Assembly: GCA_016291695.1 (NCBI GenBank)
Contig: JAEEYG010000074.1
Coordinates: forward strand, 17,561-49,560
Source: Clostridia bacterium
GTDB lineage: Bacteria > Bacillota > Clostridia > TANB77 > UBA1234
DNA length: 32,000 nt
Direction: 5' to 3'
Within the stretch, counting starts at the first letter, position 1; every line of letters starts with the position of its first letter. Position numbers and translations under genes: made by a program. A model generated the notes under the pieces. The model made no database searches and was not told the origin of the DNA. It was given only the letters and a program-made list of their open reading frames with translations. This document shows positions 9,141 to 18,100 of the stretch, piece by piece.

Positions 9141-12100
9141 ATGAAAAGACTTGCAATGATTTTTGCTATTTTAATATGCTTTTTCACCTTTGGTAGTATC
9201 GTAGCTTATGCGGACGACCCAATATCTACGAAGGTTATCGTGGATACTCGTGCGCCTTCTCATGGCTTGATTTCTTATGGTGAGAAAAACGCAAGTAATG
9301 CTGTTAATTTCTCTATAAGTAACATATCAGATGGTTCAAATGGATCTGGTATCAAAAGCGTTTCATGGAGTGTAACAGCTAGTGGTCAAGCTGAACAAAG
9401 TGGTTCGACCAACGTAAATAATTATCCATTAAACTACAATAGTCCAACTTATCAAGCAACAATTTTGGATAATGTAGATTATGTTCTAACACTAACAATT
9501 GAGGATGCGGTTGGAAATAAACTGCAAGAGTCTATGATGTTTGGAACAAATGGACAAGATGGACCAATTCAAGATGATGTTATTTTGGATACTACAGCAC
9601 CTACTGCAGGTGGTATAGTATTTGGAACAAAACAAGCTGGAGATGTTGTACCATTTACAATTAATAGTATTTCAGATGGTACAGGTTCTGGTATCGCAAG
9701 AATTGATTGGTCACTAACAAAGAATGAGGTTGAATTAGATTCTGGCTATAAGACTTACGCTAATTTACCTTTGAATATTACTCAAGAATCATTTAGTACA
9801 GTAATCTCTACAGATGAAGTATATATATTAACAGCAACTATTCGAGATGCTGTTGGAAATATAAAGAGAATAGCAGCAATGTATGGTGGTGATGATGGAT
9901 TAGGCCCAATCCATACAGATATCACTTTAGATAGTACGCCACCAACTGCTGATGATATAGTATTTGAAAGCATTAACTCAAGTGGTGATGCTGGATTTAG
10001 CATGTCAAATATTTCTGATGGAAGTGGCTCTGGTATTGCTAAGATAGTTTGGACATTAATAAAGGGAACTACTGTTGTAGATACTATCACAGCAACAAAA
10101 TCTGCTTATCCATTATCAATAGATAGAGAAGAATATAGTTATACGATTTCTGAAGCAGGATTCTACAATGTTGTAGCAGAAATATATGACTACATGGATA
10201 ATGTGACAACTAAGACATTAAACAATGTAATGCTTGGTATAGATATTTCTACAAATAATCCGAACATTTCTCATACATTAAGCAGTGATTCTCTTCCATA
10301 TGATGGAACAGAGAAGAAACCAACTATCTCAATATTTGATAGCCAGTCAGTTTTAACATTAGGTGAAGATTATACTTTAGCATTTGGTGAATGTATAAAT
10401 GTAGGAACGGTTAATGTAGTTGCAACGGGTGCTGGAATTTATTACAACACAAGAGAAATAACATATGATATAACAAAACGTCTAGTTGATGTATGGCCGA
10501 CAACAATAATGATTACACCGGGTAGTAGTGTACCAACACCATTAGCTTATACATATACTGAGGTATATGAATTGCCAGGTGGCTCAAGCTTAGCTCCACA
10601 ATTTACCGGTAACCTATCAACTACTGCAAATAGCAGTTCTCCAGTTGGAAGATATCCAATTGAGAGAGGAACATTGACAATTGTAAATAACAGTATTTAT
10701 GCAATTAATCAGATTAAACCTGGATATGTATATGTAACAGATAATAATGGTACAGATCCAATACATACTGATGTAATACTTGATACTACACCTCCAACTA
10801 TAGGAAACATTGTTTGTGGAGCTATAGACGAAAGCGGAGTCGTAGTACTTGAAGTAAAAGATGTTGCAGATAGTGGAACTGGAGTTGTATCTGTTAAGTG
10901 GACTGTTGAATTAAATAACAATGGCGACTATGTTCCAGTAGTATCTGGTTACGAAACACTATATCCAGAAGTTGCTACAACGGATGATCAAATCACCATA
11001 AACAATATGATTCCTGGAAATTATAGATTGACTATTGAGGCACAAGATGCCGTTGGAAACGTAGGTAACAAGATAGAGTCAAGATTTATAGCTCTTGGAA
11101 AAGCAACATTAATGGCAAGGGAATCAGACTATATTAATACATCTAACAACAGAGCATACATGATAGGTGCTAAGAGAGCTGGAAAAGCATACTATGCAGA
11201 TCAAGTATCTAAGGTAGTATTTGTAGATAGCATAAATGTTCCTGCTGGTGCAGTTGATAGCTGGGATGTTTCAGCTGAACAAAACGGCTGTATACTATCA
11301 TGGATTGTATCTAGCGGAACATCATATATTCAGTACATTGGAAGTCAGTCTGATAGAATATTTGCTAAATCAGGTGGATACTTATTTGCTGATTACTCTA
11401 ACATGACTCAGATTGAAGAGAATGATACGGTACTTGATATTAGTGATGTAGCAACAACTAATGAGATGTTCTTAAATGCATCATCATTAACATCAATTAA
11501 CTTAGCAAATTATGATACGTCAAATGTAATCAATATGAGAGGAATGTTTAATGGAGCAAGTTCATTAACGACAATCAATTTAAGTACATTTGATACATCA
11601 AAAGTTGTTAACATGAAAGAGATGTTCAAAGACTGCGATTCATTAACTGGAATTACAGTAACTGAGAACAAGTTTGATACATCAAAAGTAACAGACATGT
11701 CATATATGTTTAGCGGATGCGAACATTTAGCAAATGTATCTTTAGTTGCAGGAAGTAAGTTTGCAACGGCAGAAGTAACAGATATGAGGTCGATGTTCGA
11801 GGGATGCAGTGCATTAACTCAAATTGATCTAACAAGATTTGATACTTCAAAAGTAACAAATATGGCATCAATGTTTAAAGATTGTAGCAACCTAACAACA
11901 TTAGCAGCAAATAATCTTGAAACTCAAAAAGTTGAAGATATGTCATCAATGTTTGAAGGAACAGCTAAACTTTCAACTATTAACGTTACAGGATTTAATA
12001 CTTCTAAAGTAACAACAATGGCAAATATGTTTAATGGTTCAGGCATTACAAGCATTGACTTAAGCGGAGCAGGATTTAACACATCAAATGTAAGAACTAT

Positions 12101-15100
12101 GGAAGCAATGTTTAAGGATTGTAACAAGTTGACAGCATTAGATGTTTCTGGATTAGAAACTCAAAATGTTGCAAATGTTTCTGAGATGTTTAGTGGATGC
12201 TCACTAATCACAAAACTTGATTTGAGTGGATTCAGTACAAGCTCAGTATCTCATATGGACGAAATGTTCAAAGATATGAGTGCAATTAAGACAATGCTAT
12301 TAGGTACATCATTTGATAAGTTTGCTGGAACAGATATGTTAGAGGGCACATCTTCATTAGAGGCTATCATCACATTATCTGAAACACCTATGTTGTTATC
12401 AACATCAGTTAACAAGAATAGTGGAACGATACTATATGTTGTAAACGAAAGTGTTGAAAGTGTATTTGAAAGCGAACCAGAATATATAGCAGTATTTACT
12501 AGAGATAAGGTAAGACCTATCCTTGCATTAATAGGTAATCAGACTGTAAGTGTAGGATTAAGCACAACAGAAGGTTATGTAGATCAAGGTGCAACAGTTG
12601 CGGGATATAATTTGGCAAATGCTGTTAACTATACACAATATGGATTTGTACTTGCTGAAACTGCAAATGATGTAGATAGAACAACAATAGGCAGATACCA
12701 TGTTACATACACAGTAAGCAAGAGCGGAACAAACTTGATGAGTGTAACAAGAAATGTAGACGTAATTGGAACACCAATTACAGACTATGAAATCGAACTT
12801 GGAACACTAGATAGTTATGTTTATGATGGAAAACAAAAGAGACCATCTGTTGTAGTTAAGAAGACAGTTGGTACTGAAACTGAGATTCTATCAAGTGACA
12901 ATTATGATGTAGATTACAAGAACAATACGGATGTTGGAACAGCAATTGTAATTGTTAAGGGCAAAGGTAACTACTATGATACAATTTCAAAAACCTTCGA
13001 AATAACAAGGAGAAATCTTGTAATAAGAGCAAATCCATTAATCTATACTAAGGTTCATGGTGACGAAGACCCTACATTCACTTATGGATATACTAATAAT
13101 GTACTTGCATCACCAAGCGATGGAATCTTGGTAGATGAAATTCCAGGATTTGACGGAGCACTTTCTAGAGAGTCTGGAGAAAGCATAGGACAATATCCAT
13201 TAACTGTAGGAACCCTAGTAGTTAAAGATAACTTAGATACATCATTTAAGGCAAATAACTATGATATTGTAATAAATAATACAGGTTCATATTTAGAGAT
13301 TATTAAGGCTGTAATTAGTGACTTCACTATTGATGAAACAATCTTCGAATATGACGGACAAGAACATAAACCAGGAGTACATGTAACTGTTAACGGTGTA
13401 ACATTAGTAAGTGGTGATGACTATGACGTAACATATGAGCATGCAAAAGATGCTGGAACAGCAACAGTAACTGTAACTGGTAAAGGAGATTATGAAGGAA
13501 CTCCAAGCATGGATTATGTAATTACTCCAAGAAGAGTAATAATAATTCCTGCAAATAATAGCAAAGTATATGGCAAGCCAGATCCTTCACCAATTACTTC
13601 TTATGCAATTAAGTATAGTAAAGATACTACTCAAGCAGGCCTTGTTACTGGTGAAGTTCCAACTGAATCAGGAGAACTTGCTAGAACAACTGGAGAAAGC
13701 ATTGGCTCTTATCCAATAGTTCAAAACACATTAAGATTATTGAATAGTACTACTTATAAAGCAAGCAACTATTCAGTAGACTATGATACAACAAAATCAT
13801 TTACAATTCAGGAAGTACCTCTATCAGAATTTGCAACGGTTACTTTAAATCCAACTACTTATACGTATGATGGAACACCAAAAGAGCCAACAGCTACAGT
13901 GACATTAACTGATAGTACAGTACTTGTATATGGTACAGATTACTATGTAACTTACGAAGACAATATTAATGTTGGTCAGGCTACAGCTAATATAATCGGA
14001 ATGGGCGGATATACAGGAACTATTCGTAAGCCATTCACGATTACAGAAGCAACAATAACTGGTGGCGTAGTTCTAGATGGAACTGGAGAGATTGGAACAG
14101 GAGTAGTTGCAGTAGTAACAGTAAATCCATCTGATGCGGAATTAACGTATCGTTGGTACATTACAGATACTTCTGGAGACACTGTAAATGGAACACTAAT
14201 ACCAGACGAAAATACTAAGACTTTAGAGATTAAAGAAGAGTATGATGGAAAATACATTTATGTGGTAGTTAACGCAGAAAAGCCAAATTACACTGAGACT
14301 TCATTTATATCAGACGGAACTGTAGGCCCTGCAAGAGAACTAACTCCACCATCAACACCAGTTGTTACTGCAAAATACAATAATTCTACTGGCGAAGTAT
14401 ATACAAATGGAACATGGACCAACCAAAATGTTTGGATAAATGTTAAGAGCACAGATGCTAGTGGTATAGCATACTATGAATACTCAACAACGAGTGAAGA
14501 GTATGGATTTACTACTATGGGATCAGTTAGTGCAGATGGTTCTTCATCTATTACATTAAATACAAGTCAAAACTTAGTAACATATTACTTTAGAAGTGTA
14601 GATAATTCAGGAAATATTAGCGGAACTTCAAGCATAATAGTTGCAATAGATAAAGAAGCACCAACAATAGTTGAATTGTTACTATATCCAACTGGTTGGA
14701 CAAAAGACAGTGTTAAAGTAACTGCTTCTGCAACCGATTCATTATCTGGAATTAACGGATATTTATTCGGAGCAAGTGGTGCTAACGTATTCACAGAAGT
14801 AGACAATACACACCATACTTCTCAAGATGCAACATATAGTTCAAATGTAGCAGGATACATATTTGCTGTAAGAGATGAAGCAGGAAATATTGCTACGAGG
14901 GAGTTCTCTGTTACTGGAATAGATAATGTTCCTCCTGTAGTAAATGTTGATGAAGTTCCTACAGACAATGATGAAGAAGTAGTAGTTAATATCGAAGCAC
15001 ATGACCCAGATATTGATACTAATGGAGATTCAATACCTGATTCACCAGGTTCTGGAATAGAGGATGTTACAATCAATAATGAGGATGTAGATACTACTAC

Positions 15101-18100
15101 AAATCCAAGCGGTGGTGAAGAAGGAACTACAACAATTACTGATGAGGGCACATATGTTGTTGAAGCTGAGGACGAGGGCGGAAATACAACAGACGTTGAA
15201 TTTAACGTATATGCTGTTTACTATAGTGGAAACGGTGTACCTGGTTCAATGCATAAACAAGTTAAGTATGAAGATACTTCAGTAACAATCAAAGCTAATG
15301 GATTTATAACGGATAAATATACATTCCTAAGCTGGAATACTAAAGCAGATGGAACTGGTATAACTTATATGCCAGGAGATACATACTCGGGTACAGCAAC
15401 TATAGTATTGTATGCTCAATGGCAGAAGATATCACATCAATTAGATACTGTAGTTCTAGATGCTTATGACATTCCATTCACTGGTGAGCAAGTTACACCA
15501 CAAGCAAGAGTATATAACGAACTTGGTGAACTTCTAACAGAAGGAATTGATTATGAAGTAAGCTATAGTAACAACATTAATGTTGGAACAGCAACTGTAA
15601 TTATTACTGGTATTGGTGATTACGAAGGACAAGAAAAAGTAGTGGAATTCAATATCTATGGAGTTGATATCACCAAGAATATAACAGCAGAATTAGACAA
15701 TACGTTGTTCATATATGATGGAACTCAAAAGAGACCAAATGCAATAGTAACTTATGGTACTACTGTATTAAAGGTTGGTGTTGATTATTATCCAGTAAGA
15801 TATGAGAATAACGTTAAAGCAGGAACAGCAACTGCAACTATCGTTGGTAAAGGAAGCTACTATGGCGAGATTACGCTTGAATTTATAATCGCTAAAGCTG
15901 ATAGAAACTTAAAGGCACACAACATTATAATGAATGTTGGTGAAACAAGAGTTCTTGACTTTACTTATGATGGAGAGCTTGGAAATAATCCACCTGTATT
16001 AACATCTTCTAATACAACAATTGCTACTGCAACTGTTACTGGAAATGTAATGAGCGTAAGAGGTGTTAAGGAAGGAAACGTAATACTTGATGTATCAATT
16101 GATGAATCTGAGAACTATAAAGCAGCAGAGGCTTCAGTACAAGTAATCGTTAAGAAAGCAGGTTCATCAGGAGGCGCTACACCAGATGGTCCATTGTTTG
16201 GAACAATTCTAATCAATGATGACGCTGAATATACAGTTACTCCAAGAACATTACTATACATTTCAGCACAAAATGCTGCATACATGTATATTAGTGAGAC
16301 AAATACTAAACCTTCAGCAGATAGTTCAGGCTGGTTAGATTATAGTACAAGGCTTCCTTATGTATTTAGTAGTTCATTTGGTACTAAGACAATATATGCA
16401 TGGTTCAAAGATTCAAATGGAACTGTTTCTGAAGTTGCTTATGATACTATAATGCTTGTAGACAGATACAGTCTTGATGATGAAGAAAATGGACATGGAT
16501 ATGATGAACCGGCACATGATAGCATCTTATATGATAAGACAGAGATTAATAAGTTGCCTCCATCAACAGATTATGATGAATTCAGAAATAATGGTATTGA
16601 TGTTAAGGTAGTATTCAATCAGCAAGATGTTCTTGTAAACGAGACAAGAAGTGGAGTAGATTACTCTACAATTAGATATGGTTATAAGAACCTTGATGAT
16701 GGATCATCTTCATATACTTGGCTTGATTCTGGAAACATTATTACAAACTTGAAGTATGCTACAACTTATGAAATTGTAACAGAAGCTTCAGATAATGCTG
16801 GAAATGGTCCTACGATGTCTATGCCTTATGTATTTAAGACAGAGTCTAAGTATGGAACAAGTATCACGTTGAAAGATAAAAATGTTCAATATGATGGATT
16901 AGCACATGAATTAGATAAAGCTGTAATTGATCTAGTTGAAGGCAAGCCATTAACAGGCACATTGACATATAGCTATTATAAGGATAAAGAGCATAACACA
17001 ACACCAATATATACGGTAGTTACTGTTGGAATCGGCCAAGCAGTTAGAACCGGAACAGCACCAACAGAACCAGGAGTATACTATGTTGTAGTAACACTTG
17101 AAAACGACAATAGCTACTTTGATACAGTATCTGAAAATGTTGGAGAGCTACGTATTGGATGGTACATTGGAACTGGAAACCAAAATGTATTCGCTTATAT
17201 TGAGGAAAATCCTTCAGGCAGTGATACGTATGTATTACATGTAACCGGTGACGGCGAAATGAAGAGCTTAGAGGATATTAAGAAACAAAATCCTGAAGTT
17301 GAGTATACATATTGGGAAGAGTATAAAGACAAGATTACCAGCCTAGACATTGGAAGCGGCTCAGATGATGACATTAGAAATATTGGTAGTGAGGTATTCT
17401 CTGATTTACCAAATATAACTAAGATAATTATTCCTGATTCTGTAACTAAGATTGGTGATGGAGCATTTGAAGGAGATAGCGGTGTAACATCAAATATCGT
17501 TATTCCAGCAGGTGTAAATCAAATAGGTAGTAACCCATTTGCAGGAGTAAATAACACGGCATTCGAAGTAGTATATGGAAATGAGTCTTTTGATACTATA
17601 AATGGTGTATTAGTAGATAAAGATCATGAAAGATTAATTTCTTATCCAGGCGGAAATGTTGCAACCCAGTATACAATTCCAGATGGAATTACAACTATTG
17701 AAGATGCTGCATTTAAGGATAGCGATAATCTACAACGTGTTATTATTCCTGATGGAGTAACAACTATAGATGCACAAGCATTTGCTGATTGCGATAACTT
17801 AAGAATAGTTGAAATTGAAGATTGTATGAATAATGACGCAGAGAACTTGTCTAAAGTTGGCAATGATGCATTTAGCAATATTAGTAATAACTCTATTATC
17901 TACACGTTCTCTAAAGAGATTGCAGATGTATTTGAAAAGAACGTAGATTATGATCCTAATAAGACAAAAGTATACTATCCTCCAACGATTAAGGTTCATC
18001 CAGCAGATGCTAACGGAGCAGTTAATAGCCCACTTAAGTTTACAGTGGTAGCAGAACCTGGATATCCAGAAGACCTTAACTACAAGTGGTTTACAATTCA